A stretch of DNA of 64,000 nt from an uncultured Nitrososphaerota archaeon (GCA_963842885.1 CAWJIE010000004.1:256001-320000), one strand, 5' to 3'; shown: positions 9,493 through 19,815, counted from the stretch's first letter. Numbers and translations: made by a program. Notes: generated from the sequence alone by a model not told the origin.

Positions 9493-10294
9493 ACACAACG
9501 CAAACTCCCGAATCAGAATTTGCATCGCGGGTGCGGCGGGGAGGATGGGCTCCATGGTGGCTCGCGAAGTGGCTTCCCCCTATGTCATTTCAGGGGCTAT
9601 CGAATCTGCTACCAACCCGAGCTTGGGCAGAACGCTGAGGGATTGCGCCCTGGCGGACAGTGACGTCATGCTCAGCCCGCCAACCGACATAGAGAACGTA
9701 ATGCGCGAGTGCGACGTCTTCGTCTCCTTCACCTCAGCCGACGCGGAGTTGATGAACCTGCCGCACGTGGTTCACTTGCAGAAACCTGCTGTGATAGGGA
9801 CGACGGGATTCACCCAAGACCAGCGAGCTCGGCTGGAATCGATAGTGAAGCCGATCCCTGCCGTGATAGCGCCGAACTTCTCCGTCGGCGCCAACTTCCT
9901 GTTCGCGTTAACAGAGAAGCTGAGCCAGTTGCCTCCGGCGTATGATTTCTCAATCATCGAAACCCATCACAACCGCAAGAACGATGCGCCCAGCGGAACC
10001 GCCTCTTCAATCGCTGACATCATCAAGGCGCGGAGGGGATACACAAGGATTGTTCACGGCCGCACCGGTCTGTCTCCGCGTAGCCCCGAAGAACTGGAAG
10101 TCCTGTCTGTAAGGGGCGGGGGAATCCCAGGACAGCATGAAGTTCTCGCAGCAGGGGCATCTGAGGTGATCAGGCTTGAGCATACGGTGTTCTCCAGGTC
10201 GGCGTTCGTCGCCGGGGCGCTGTTGGCGGCCGGTTGGATAGTGCGCCAAAGGCCCGGGTTGTATGGGATGAAGGAAGTGCTCGGCCTGCAATGA
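9479..10294 (+). CDS. dapB: 4-hydroxy-tetrahydrodipicolinate reductase
   Basis: GAAGRMG, IGTTG, APNFSVG and ETHHNRKNDAPSGTA signature. Confidence 0.95.
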   Translation: MKATEHNANSRIRICIAGAAGRMGSMVAREVASPYVISGAIESATNPSLGRTLRDCALADSDVMLSPPTDIENVMRECDVFVSFTSADAELMNLPHVVHLQKPAVIGTTGFTQDQRARLESIVKPIPAVIAPNFSVGANFLFALTEKLSQLPPAYDFSIIETHHNRKNDAPSGTASSIADIIKARRGYTRIVHGRTGLSPRSPEELEVLSVRGGGIPGQHEVLAAGASEVIRLEHTVFSRSAFVAGALLAAGWIVRQRPGLYGMKEVLGLQ

Positions 10295-11487
10295 GTAGGG
10301 TGGTCGTCAAATTCGGAGGGGCGACGCTGGCGGACGGGGAGCGCGTCAAGAAGGCCGCGCAGATGGTCCTAGAGGCCGCCTACGAGGAAAAGGTCGTCGT
10401 GGTGTCGGCGCCCGGGAGAACGACCGATCAGCTATTGAACTTGGTATCAGCCTTCGAAGAGAACATCGAAGACAAGGCTTACGCGGAGATTCTCTCCATG
10501 GGCGAAAGGACATCGACCAAGGTCTTCACCTCTGCCTTGAGGGCCAGCGGGATCAAGGTGATGGAATTCGACCCGACACAGGAGGACTTCCCGGTCATCA
10601 CCAATGGAGACTTCCTGAACGCCGCAGTGGACTTGAAAGCCACCAAGGCCGCGTGCCGAAGAAGCATGCTTCCGTTCCTGAGTGAGGCGGTAGCCGTCGT
10701 GCCGGGTTTCTTAGGCAGATGCGATGGGCGGATCACCGTTCTCGGACGGGGAGGCTCAGACATAACGGCTACGGTGCTTGGCAACTGCTTGGAGGCTGAT
10801 GAAGTAATCTTGGTGAAGGACAGGTCGGGCATAATGAGCGCCGACCCCGACGTAGTGCCCGACGCGAAGCCCGTCAGCAGCATTACGATAGATGAGATGT
10901 ATGCGCTGGCTCATGGTGGCGCGAAGGTCGTCCGGCCCGAGGCCCTTTTTTACAAAGGGGTCAACCAAAGGCTCAGGGTAGTGCCCTTCGGACGACCCTT
11001 ACGTGAGGATGGAACGGAAATCACCGGCTCGATACTACCCACGGACCCATACTTCGCAAAGGGTTCCGGACTGAACGAGTTGACGGTGGTCTCCGACTCC
11101 GGCGTCGCCGTGCTTGGAGACGTGCTTCAGCGCATCGGCGCCAAGGTGAAGGGCGTCGGAACGGGCAGGACTACCATCACATTCTTTGTGGAGGGTGACA
11201 CATGGCAAGAAGTGTGTAGACGCGTTCATGGCGTGATTGGCGTGAAGGCGGTGTCCGGGAGGTCTGGGATTGGCTACATAGAAATGGTCCATCCTCACTT
11301 GGTGGATCAGCCAGGTGTCGTGGCCAAGGCGGCCACCATACTGTCTCTGCACGGTATTAACATAATTGAGGTGACCTCCAGCAAGGGCACGATGACGTTC
11401 TTCTTAGACGAGAAGCGTCTGGACGAGGCTTATGGTCTGTTGGAGGAGAATCTGATAGTTGGACAATTGGATACTGAAAAGGCTTAG
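10291..11487 (+). CDS. lysC: aspartate kinase with C-terminal ACT domains
   Basis: VVKFGG, VVVSA, LGRGGSD and ADP motifs; ATGA overlap with the dapB stop at 10291. Confidence 0.9.
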   Translation: MSRVVVKFGGATLADGERVKKAAQMVLEAAYEEKVVVVSAPGRTTDQLLNLVSAFEENIEDKAYAEILSMGERTSTKVFTSALRASGIKVMEFDPTQEDFPVITNGDFLNAAVDLKATKAACRRSMLPFLSEAVAVVPGFLGRCDGRITVLGRGGSDITATVLGNCLEADEVILVKDRSGIMSADPDVVPDAKPVSSITIDEMYALAHGGAKVVRPEALFYKGVNQRLRVVPFGRPLREDGTEITGSILPTDPYFAKGSGLNELTVVSDSGVAVLGDVLQRIGAKVKGVGTGRTTITFFVEGDTWQEVCRRVHGVIGVKAVSGRSGIGYIEMVHPHLVDQPGVVAKAATILSLHGINIIEVTSSKGTMTFFLDEKRLDEAYGLLEENLIVGQLDTEKA

Positions 11488-12757
11488 TGGGAGCTTCAGG
11501 GCGAGCGGCTCAATCCTATACGTGGAGAATGTGTCGGTCCAGGAAATAGCGGCGAGATTTGGCACGCCCACGTTCGTCACCAGCGAAGCACGGATACGTC
11601 AGAACTTTCGCAGGTTCTACGCCGCGTTCGGGAAGCTTTCCAAGTTCAGGCTGTACTACGCCGTCAAGGCTAACACCAATCTGGCCTTGCTGACCATCCT
11701 CAGGCAAGAGGGGGCCTACGCGGACTGCTCTTGCCCTGCAGAGATTTATGCGGCGTCGCTGGCCGGCTATAGGCCTGATCAAATGCTGTACACGGGGAAC
11801 TACAACTCCAGAGAGGAACTCGAATATGCAACGAAGTCTGGCGTGCTCGTCAACCTAGATGACGCTGCTTTGGTTTCCAAGCTGCCGACAGGCATTGCAC
11901 CTGATATCATATGTTTCAGGATAAACCCCGGGATGGGGAGAGGCGGCAGCGAAGGCCTGGTCTTCGCCGGGCCGGATGCTAAGTTCGGGTCAACCGAAGA
12001 GGTAGCCTTGAAAGGGTATGCCGCTGCTAAGCGGCTGGGAGTCAAGAAGTTCGGGATACATATGATGACAGGCTCCAACGTGCTCGATTCTAATTATTTT
12101 CCGGCAGCCACGGAGAAACTCATGGACATAGCGGGGAGGATAGCCTCCAAAGTCGGCATAGAGTTCGACTTCGTCAACGTCGGCGGGGGTTTTGGTGTTC
12201 CATATTCTCCCGACGAAAGCGAGCTTCCTATAGGCGAAGTCGCCGAATCCGTAGAGAATGTGTTCAAGGAGAAGGTCGATGAATATTCATTGGGCGATCC
12301 TGTACTTGCGGCCGAGCCTGGCAGATACTTGGTAGCTGACTCTACAGTGATTTTGACGAAGGTCTGCCATGTCAAGAATGGTGTGAAGAAGTTCGTCGGG
12401 GTTGACGCCGGCATGAATACCCTCCTTAGACCGGCCCTCTACAACGCCTATCACCCCATGCTCGCCGCAGGCAAGCTCGGCCAGCGTGACATGGAGCGGG
12501 TCAACATCTGCGGCCAGATATGCGAGAACACCGACATCCTCGCGAAGGACAGGGCTTTCCCTCTCCTTGAAGAGGGGGACCTTCTGGCGATCTTCAATGC
12601 CGGCGCATATGGGTTCTCGATGTCCAGCCAGTACAACAACCGGCCGCGGGCGGCCGAAGTCCTCGTGAGCGGCGTTCAGGCGGAGCTAATCAGACGAAGA
12701 GAGACCTACGCGGACCTGCTCACTGGACAGTCGATACCATCGAGGCTATTGAGATGA
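11459..12757 (+). CDS. lysA: diaminopimelate decarboxylase
   Basis: YAVKAN (PLP Lys), KFG, GGGFG, EPGRYLV, CENTD and GAYG...YNNRPR. Confidence 0.93.
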   Translation: MDNWILKRLSGSFRASGSILYVENVSVQEIAARFGTPTFVTSEARIRQNFRRFYAAFGKLSKFRLYYAVKANTNLALLTILRQEGAYADCSCPAEIYAASLAGYRPDQMLYTGNYNSREELEYATKSGVLVNLDDAALVSKLPTGIAPDIICFRINPGMGRGGSEGLVFAGPDAKFGSTEEVALKGYAAAKRLGVKKFGIHMMTGSNVLDSNYFPAATEKLMDIAGRIASKVGIEFDFVNVGGGFGVPYSPDESELPIGEVAESVENVFKEKVDEYSLGDPVLAAEPGRYLVADSTVILTKVCHVKNGVKKFVGVDAGMNTLLRPALYNAYHPMLAAGKLGQRDMERVNICGQICENTDILAKDRAFPLLEEGDLLAIFNAGAYGFSMSSQYNNRPRAAEVLVSGVQAELIRRRETYADLLTGQSIPSRLLR

Positions 12758-13922
12758 CCCATGCGCCTTCGAGAAAGGTCGCCGCCCTGCCTGAATATCC
12801 CTTTGCCAAGCTGGATGAAATCATCAGATTGCGAAGGCAGAGAAAGGAGAGGGTGTTGGCATTCAACGTCGGCGACCCTGACCTGCCCACGCCTTCGTTC
12901 ATAGTGGAGGCCTTGGCTGAGGCAATCAGGAATCCTGAGGACCAGGGTTACTCCAGCAGCGACGGTGAGAAGTGGTTCAAGGAGGCCGTGGCGAACTGGT
13001 ACTGCAAGAGGTTCGACGTCGAATTGGACCCCGACACAGAGGTCTGCGCACTTACCGGATCGAAGGAGGGCCTCGGTAACGTAGCCAGGGCTTTCGTCGA
13101 CGCAGGAGACACGGTCATGTTCCCTGATCCCGGCTATCCGGTTTACAGGATTGGGGGTGCCCAACTCATGGGAGCGAAATCGCTGCCGCGACCGCTATCT
13201 TCGGCCGATGGCTTCAAGATGAACCTGACGGCGCGAGACTTGAAAGGTGTGAAACTGCTCTACGTCAATTATCCTCACAATCCCACTGGAGCTGTCGCAG
13301 ACAGCAAGGACCTCGGAAGGCTGGTGGACGCCGCGCGTGAATCGGGCACTCTGGTATGTTATGACAATGCCTATTCGGAAATGACATATGGTTCGTACAC
13401 CGCTCCTAGCATTCTCCAAGTAGACAAGGATAAGGAGGCCTCTGTCGAAGTCCATTCCTGTTCGAAGACGTTCGCCATGACGGGCTACAGGATAGGCTAC
13501 GCAGTGGGCAACAAGGACGCCATAGGCGGATTGAAGGCCATCAAGAGTCAGATGGATTCAGGCTCGCCCAGGTTCATTCAGCGCGCTGCCAAGGCTGCCC
13601 TCGACAGCTACATATCGTCCCGTCGTCCTAAAGAGGTGGAGGACTCCGTCAAGGATCTACGAGGGAAGGCTGAAGCTGCTCGCAGGAGGATTGAGCCGGC
13701 TGGGCTATGAAGTCCAAGCGCCAGAAGGCACATTCTACCTATGGCAACATACAGACGGCACCTCTACCGCGTTTTCGGAGAGGCTCCTCCGGGTAGGGGT
13801 GGTCGTGACGCCTGGCACGACGTTCGGAGGGGGAGGCGAGGGCTACGTTCGATGGTCGGTGGCGAGGCCGACTGAAGTCATTAGAGAGGCGTTGGATATA
13901 ATGAAGGAGTCGTTCGCAATGA
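12754..13922 (+). CDS. dapL: class I/II aminotransferase, probable LL-diaminopimelate aminotransferase (frameshift near 13654)
   Basis: LPEYPFA, GDPD, GSKEGL, PDPGYPVY, NYPHNPTG, DNAYSE and SKTFAMTGYRIG. The C-terminus (TFYLW, GVVVTPG..FG..GEGYVR) continues in another frame. Lies within the dap operon. Confidence 0.78.
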
Positions 13923-14980
13923 AGGACAAGCTCAAGGCAGGCCTGCTAGGCGCGACCGGAGTCGTGGGTCAAAGGTACGTGGAGATGCTGGATTCGCACC
14001 CATACTTCGAGTTGGCCGTGCTGATGGGGAGGGCTTCGGTCGGCAAGAAGTATGGTGAAGCAGCCAGATGGCTGCTTCCTAATCCCATGCCGAAAAGGGC
14101 GTCGGAGATGGTCGTCAAAGAGGCCAAGGTTTCTTCCATCGCCGAATGTGACTTAGTCTTCTCCGCGCTGCCTTCGGAGGCTGCCCTACAGCTGGAGCCG
14201 CTTTTTGCCGACGCAGGGAAGGCCGTGGTGAGCGAAGTCAGTGCACATAGGATGGACCCTGACGTGCCGCTGTTGGTGCCTGAAATCAATCCTGATCATC
14301 TGAAGCTGTTGGAGACGCAACGGAGGAACAGGAAATGGAAGAAGGGGCTGGTCACCACTCCCAACTGCACCGTCACGGGCCTGGCCATCGTCCTCAAGGC
14401 GTTGGCGGACAGCTTTCCCATGACGAAGGCCGTCGTCACTACCATGCAAGCCGTGTCTGGGGCTGGCTATCCAGGAGTCCCCTCCTTGCTCATCCTCGAA
14501 AACGTCATACCGTTCATCAAGGACGAAGAGGAGAAAGTCGAAAGGGAATCGAAGAAGATACTGGGGACAATCGAGGGCGGGTCTGTGCGCTCGCATCGTC
14601 TTCCCATGGCGGTGTCCTGCAACAGGGTCTCTACCCTTGACGGTCACCTTGAAACCTTGTACTGCGAGTTCAGTCTCAAGGTGAGCCCTGCCGAAGTGGA
14701 GTCACAGCTGAAGGGGTTCAGGGGAGAGCCTCAGAGGCTGGGGCTGCCCACATCTCCCGATGCCCCTATCATAGTCACCAAGGAGAGAGACAGGCCACAG
14801 CCAAGGCTGGACCGCCTGGCAGGCAGCGTCCCAGGCATGAGCGTCGTCGTAGGCAGGGTGAGGCCGGGTATCGATGACCGTTCTATCAGGCTGACGCTCC
14901 TTTCACATAACACGATAAGAGGAGCCTCGGGGAACGCAATCTTGACGGCGGAGCTCATGCGAGCTAAGGGCTACCTATAG
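13919..14980 (+). CDS. asd: aspartate-semialdehyde dehydrogenase
   Basis: LLGATGVVGQ, SALPS, VPEINPDH, PNCT (catalytic Cys), QAVSGAG and HNTIRGA. Confidence 0.94.
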   Translation: MKDKLKAGLLGATGVVGQRYVEMLDSHPYFELAVLMGRASVGKKYGEAARWLLPNPMPKRASEMVVKEAKVSSIAECDLVFSALPSEAALQLEPLFADAGKAVVSEVSAHRMDPDVPLLVPEINPDHLKLLETQRRNRKWKKGLVTTPNCTVTGLAIVLKALADSFPMTKAVVTTMQAVSGAGYPGVPSLLILENVIPFIKDEEEKVERESKKILGTIEGGSVRSHRLPMAVSCNRVSTLDGHLETLYCEFSLKVSPAEVESQLKGFRGEPQRLGLPTSPDAPIIVTKERDRPQPRLDRLAGSVPGMSVVVGRVRPGIDDRSIRLTLLSHNTIRGASGNAILTAELMRAKGYL

Positions 14981-15408
14981 TCTAAAAGTGGATGGGTCTA
15001 CAGGCATAGTCGCGAGGGCCCCTGCACTCTTCCTCTCATACCGCTTGATGAGCCAGTCTACCAAGAGACAGGCCGAAATGACGGAGAGCGCAGGGCTGGG
15101 GGGAGCTCCGACGGAAGATGAAAGAACGGTGATGTCATTTTTGCTGTGTTTCGACTACTCTTGTGCTAAGCTTCCTGAGCAGGGTTTCCTCGTCCTGAGG
15201 GGCCATTGATCGGATGTGATCGAGTTCGTCAAAGCTTAGAGCGGACATCTTGAAGTCCGTGTAGGCCACGGCTTTTAATAGGTATGGTATAGGAAGAATT
15301 GACAACATAAGTACTGTACCCCCTTCCCAGCCGAAGTCATACTGGGGCATCTGGAAGAGGGTCTTTCGAGTAGAAATGGGGGCGGACGTAGGATTCCAGC
15401 AGGATATC

Positions 15409-16518
15409 TCAGAGAGGGCTGTCCCTCGTAAGATAGGCGGTCCTGACAAGACGGCTTCTGGCCTCTGCTTTGCGTGAGCTTTCGATCTCGCAGCTGAGTT
15501 CGAGTTCCACCGTCTTGTCGTCCAATGACGTATAGAGGACCTGAAGGGGTGACTTGAAAGTGTCGGGGGCGCCGGCAGCCTCGACCTGCATCGCCTTGAT
15601 TGCCCTTTCGGCATCCCAGTCGATTTTCAAAGAGAACTTGAGGATGGGTTGTGGAGCCGAGTTGACCAAGGCGATGTTAATTGCCCCGGTCATGATTCCG
15701 TTGTTAGGGATTCTGACCTCCCTCCCTCCGTCAAGCAGGACTGTGGTGTACAACGAGCTGATGCCTTTGACCGTACCTTCGCCTCCAACGTATGAGGTGT
15801 ATACCCTATCGCCCACGGTGAACGGCAGTCTGCTAGTCGTGACAGAGATGGGAGGCACTTTCGTAAGAGTTACCGCTCCAGAGATGATAGCCGTGTTGGG
15901 GACTACCGTTTCCGTGCCTGATTCGTTCTGGATTTTTGTGAACATAGTGGAGATCGCTTCGATTCTGCCAGGTATGCCGTTGACCAGCACGTCGTCCCCA
16001 ACCCCTACAGGCTTGGTAAGGAGCATCAGTGCGCCGGAGAAGATGTTCCCCAATAGGGTGGAAACGGCCAACCCTATGATGATGGCGCCGAAACCCCCTC
16101 CCAACAGCAACGAGTCGGCAGGGACGTGAAGGATCTCCAATACCACCAGGAGGACTACGAAGGTGTTCAAGAGCACGAGGACATATGAAAAGACGGAGGC
16201 GGCGTAAGGCCCTGCGGATCCTCGGATGTGTTTCGAAGAACGCCGTATTAGCGCCATGATGAGACCGCCGGCGACGAGCACAACGCACACTTGTGTCGTT
16301 TGGTGCAGCGTTATCTGGAGACCGAGAAAGATCGTCTGGTTAGGGATTAAGGTGCCGAAGATCAGGTTGGCGACGTATGCCATGAGACTGATGGTAAACA
16401 GGACCAAGATGAAACTGCGGAGATGGGAGGAAAGCGACGCCACTCTATTCATCATCTCCTCGGCCATAGCACAGAGGGCAGGAGCGTCCCAGTGGCCATC
16501 GGAGGACTGGGAATACAC
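15409..16518 (-). CDS. MscS-family mechanosensitive channel with a duplicated beta domain
   Basis: GAIIIGLAVSTLLGNIFSG (TM3) followed by two VGD.V...G.V..I......V.N repeats. Confidence 0.85.
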   Translation of the reverse strand: MYSQSSDGHWDAPALCAMAEEMMNRVASLSSHLRSFILVLFTISLMAYVANLIFGTLIPNQTIFLGLQITLHQTTQVCVVLVAGGLIMALIRRSSKHIRGSAGPYAASVFSYVLVLLNTFVVLLVVLEILHVPADSLLLGGGFGAIIIGLAVSTLLGNIFSGALMLLTKPVGVGDDVLVNGIPGRIEAISTMFTKIQNESGTETVVPNTAIISGAVTLTKVPPISVTTSRLPFTVGDRVYTSYVGGEGTVKGISSLYTTVLLDGGREVRIPNNGIMTGAINIALVNSAPQPILKFSLKIDWDAERAIKAMQVEAAGAPDTFKSPLQVLYTSLDDKTVELELSCEIESSRKAEARSRLVRTAYLTRDSPL

Positions 16519-16688
16519 GAGAGGGTATTATGTCCTACCTCACGGATAGGGGATTTAGGCCTTGAACAAATTCGGCCTCCAGCCTCGGACCTGGAGATTG
16601 GACCCGGGCGCTGGCCGTCTCCACAATCCCCTGAAACGCCGTCCGGAAATTCTTTTCAATCACTCAGAGGGAGGAGTGAAAGAGCTCG

Positions 16689-17273
16689 ATGTACTGGCCA
16701 TTTCGCGTTCGATGGACATTCGTACTCATCGGCATCTGTGTTGTCGTGTACATCCTCCAGAACATAGCGGCTGATTGGGGGGGCTGGGCCTACTTTGCCT
16801 TCTTTCCGGCCTATGCCTTTCAGTATCCATGGATGTTCGTTACCTCAATTTTCCTACATGCTAGCATCGATCATATCTTGTTCAACATGATTGCGCTCTT
16901 CTTCTTTGGGACGTATCTGGAAAGGATGGTCGGCCCGAGGCTCTTCCTCGTCATATTCTTCATCGCAGGAATCGTAGGGAACTTCGGTTACATGCTGACC
17001 GCACCGGGTTCGATGGTACCGGCCATAGGGGCATCCGGAGCGATTTACGGGATAGTGGGAACTCTAGCGGTGTTGACCCCCATGACCCTCGTCTATGTCT
17101 ATTTCATAGTGCCCATGCCCATGGTGGTATTCGCTGCGCTGTACGCCGTCCTGGATTTCGTGGGTCTCTTCGCCCCTTCCGACATAGCTCACGGCGCCCA
17201 CATAGGGGGGCTTCTGGTCGGAGTGGCTTTCGGAATCTACATGCGACAGCGGTATCGGGTCGTAATCACCTGA
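16689..17273 (+). CDS. rhomboid intramembrane serine protease
   Basis: TSIFLHASIDHILFNM, GASG (catalytic Ser) and AHIGG (catalytic His). Confidence 0.92.
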   Translation: MYWPFRVRWTFVLIGICVVVYILQNIAADWGGWAYFAFFPAYAFQYPWMFVTSIFLHASIDHILFNMIALFFFGTYLERMVGPRLFLVIFFIAGIVGNFGYMLTAPGSMVPAIGASGAIYGIVGTLAVLTPMTLVYVYFIVPMPMVVFAALYAVLDFVGLFAPSDIAHGAHIGGLLVGVAFGIYMRQRYRVVIT

Positions 17274-17442
17274 ACAAGAGGAGTTCAAACGCCCAGACTA
17301 GAATCAACTGCCATGGTCAAGTTCGGAGTACAGCATCCCAAGCTTCTCCATCGGCGGACAGGGCTGAGGGGCTTCATCCTCCCGTTTGAAAAGCTAAAAT
17401 ACGTTCTTGGGTCTGTATGGACCAATTCGGAGCGACACAACA

Positions 17443-18492
17443 ATGAGTGTTCCTGCCAACTTCGTTGACCTGCGCAGCGATACGGTCACCCTTCCCACCG
17501 ACGAGATGCTCGAGGCGATTAGAAGCGCGAAACTGGGCGATGACGTCTACGGGGAGGACCCTACTGTCCGACAGCTGGAAGAGATGGCTGCGGATAAGAT
17601 GGGCAAAGAAGCCGCGTTGCTGGTGACCAGCGGAACCCAAGCGAATCTTGTGTCCACCATGAGCAACACCAAACGCGGAGACTCGGTGATCCTCGAGGCG
17701 GAATCTCACATCTATTGGTATGAAGTAGGAGGTATTTCGGTCGTGGCGGCCGTCTTGCCGTGGCCGGTCAGGGGTCACATGGGGGCACTTGATCCTGAAG
17801 ATGTCGAGGCCGCCATAAGGCCGAAGAACATCCATTTCCCTGATGCGACACTTTTATGCATCGAGAATACCCACAACCGGGCGGGCGGGACGGTGATTAC
17901 CCCTGCTCAAATCAAGGCTCTGGGAGACGTCGCTCATGCCCACGGACTCGAGTTATACATGGACGGAGCTCGCATATTCAACGCGGCGGTGGCGCTCAAG
18001 ACCGACGTCAGGAAGTTCACCGAGAACGTGGACAATCTCATGTTCTGCCTGTCAAAGGGGTTGAGCTGTCCAGTCGGCTCTCTGGTGGTGGGAAATAGGG
18101 AATTTGTGGACAGAGCCAGGAAGAACAGGAAACTGCTTGGGGGAGGAATGAGGCAAGCGGGGATAATCGCAGCGCCTGGGATAGTAGCGCTGGAGAAGAT
18201 GGTGGATAGGCTCGCCGAGGATCATGCCAATGCTAAGCTGTTGGCAGACGGATTGGCCAAGATCGAGGGCATAGACATCGACATGACGGTGGTGCAGACC
18301 AATATCGTGGCGTTTGGTGTTAGAGGATTGGGCATTACCTCGGATCAGTTCGTGGCTAAGATTAAGGAGAAGGGTGTGCTCTGCGGAACTGTCGACGCGT
18401 TCAAAGTACGAATGGTGACCCATCGAGGAATAGTTAGTGACGACGTCATGAAGACCCTCCTTTGCGTCCGGGAACTGGCTCTAGGACGCTAA
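17443..18492 (+). CDS. ltaE: low-specificity L-threonine aldolase
   Basis: DLRSDTVT, GDDVYGEDP, SGTQAN, ENTHN, DGARIFNA, CLSKGL and GGGMRQAG. Confidence 0.93.
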   Translation: MSVPANFVDLRSDTVTLPTDEMLEAIRSAKLGDDVYGEDPTVRQLEEMAADKMGKEAALLVTSGTQANLVSTMSNTKRGDSVILEAESHIYWYEVGGISVVAAVLPWPVRGHMGALDPEDVEAAIRPKNIHFPDATLLCIENTHNRAGGTVITPAQIKALGDVAHAHGLELYMDGARIFNAAVALKTDVRKFTENVDNLMFCLSKGLSCPVGSLVVGNREFVDRARKNRKLLGGGMRQAGIIAAPGIVALEKMVDRLAEDHANAKLLADGLAKIEGIDIDMTVVQTNIVAFGVRGLGITSDQFVAKIKEKGVLCGTVDAFKVRMVTHRGIVSDDVMKTLLCVRELALGR

Positions 18493-18688
18493 GTGCAATC
18501 TGGGAGGAGACTAGAATCCTTGATTCGGAAGAAAGGATGATACACCTACTGGGGCCTTCGCTCAGCATGATGGGGGGTGGGCGGAACGTCGGAGGTACAG
18601 TCCTTCAATCTCTTGGCCCCCATCAAGGACGGAAGGGAAAGGCCATGTGTCGCCTAGAGAATCCAAGAGGAATCGCGTTGTGCCGATG

Positions 18689-19099
18689 TCATGGGGACTG
18701 AAGCGACGCATAGACCCTGTAGGCGTCTATGTAATCCACTGCATACGCGTCTGCCAGTTTCTCCGTGCCTCTGTGCTTGCCGCTCCTGCACCTAAGATGA
18801 TGATAGAACTCATGGATAATAATGAAGGGATTCCACAGGTTGTCGCCCTTAGCTACGTAGATTGTCTTCTCCTTCTCGACGTAGACTGCAAGAGCCTTCT
18901 TCTTTCCTTTGACGGCTCCCACCCTGAGCATAGGTATGTCGACGCGGTTCGCGAGGCTCAGCTGTTCCAGAGCTTTCTCTGTCTCCTTGGAAAGTATTAG
19001 ATGTACTATCAATGCTTTTGTCTGAATGTCCAGGTCGCTCAACCGTAATCTGGCGAAGGCCGGCGACAGATAACTCTTCCTCCGCCTAATGCGATTCAT
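18689..19099 (-). CDS. small HExxH zincin-like protein
   Basis: IIHEFYHH...TEKLADAYA motif, resembling minimal ImmA/IrrE-type metallopeptidases. Confidence 0.65.
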   Translation of the reverse strand: MNRIRRRKSYLSPAFARLRLSDLDIQTKALIVHLILSKETEKALEQLSLANRVDIPMLRVGAVKGKKKALAVYVEKEKTIYVAKGDNLWNPFIIIHEFYHHLRCRSGKHRGTEKLADAYAVDYIDAYRVYASLQSP

Positions 19100-19147
19100 G
19101 AGTTTTTATGAAAGGATCATGATGGTGACGGCGAAGGCGGCGACTTT

Positions 19148-19576
19148 TCAGAAGTATACGTTACGCAACCGGATTACATTGATCGCGTTGTTCTTGTCAA
19201 TCGACCTCACCATAGAGAGATAATGTGAATGACCGTAGTAGACCCAGAAACGGAAGGGCGCATCCAGTGCAAGGAGTTTAAGTATGGATTTGACTCGAGG
19301 AGATGAGTCTATCTCGAAGACGGATGTCAGTCGCCTCTTGGCCATCCAGGCCACGTCGGCTAACCCTTCAACGCCGACTTCCGAGCCGTGCACCGGGTAT
19401 TCCCTTACACCTCTGAATCCGAATTCGCCTCCCAGGTCAGCCACCTTCCTCTGCAGGGTATCGTGGAAGTCCAAAGGGACCTTGTTTTCGAGAATCAGCT
19501 TGGCGGCCATGCTCTGAATCCTATCTGCTACCGATTTGATGTAGCGATCCCTGTCGACCAAGACGTCCTGCATCAA
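19148..19576 (-). CDS. putative PD-(D/E)xK-fold nuclease-like protein
   Basis: H..LQ helix, REYPV, GLADVAW and VFEIDS match the restriction-endonuclease-like fold pattern. Confidence 0.55.
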   Translation of the reverse strand: MMQDVLVDRDRYIKSVADRIQSMAAKLILENKVPLDFHDTLQRKVADLGGEFGFRGVREYPVHGSEVGVEGLADVAWMAKRRLTSVFEIDSSPRVKSILKLLALDAPFRFWVYYGHSHYLSMVRSIDKNNAINVIRLRNVYF

Positions 19577-19815
19577 GCACTCCTCGACGCAATATTCTCA
19601 TGCTGCGACAAGCTATTAACGTTGAGTATGAATGCAAGCCTCCTCAAATCCCTGACATAGGGTGCGGACGCCTTCCACAAGAGCTTCCCACGGATTCCTG
19701 TTGACGCGATTTGTCGGCTCTTTTAGCTTGGTTGAGTGACTTCAGATTCAGGTAATGCTGAGCAGATTCAAGGGTGAGATGTAGTTCCTTGAATCTCAGC
19801 AGCGGCTGAGTTCTT

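Noticed and set aside
14988-15400. Short ORFs between asd and mscS
   Set aside because: Fragmentary and without motifs; possibly a decayed gene but unsupported.
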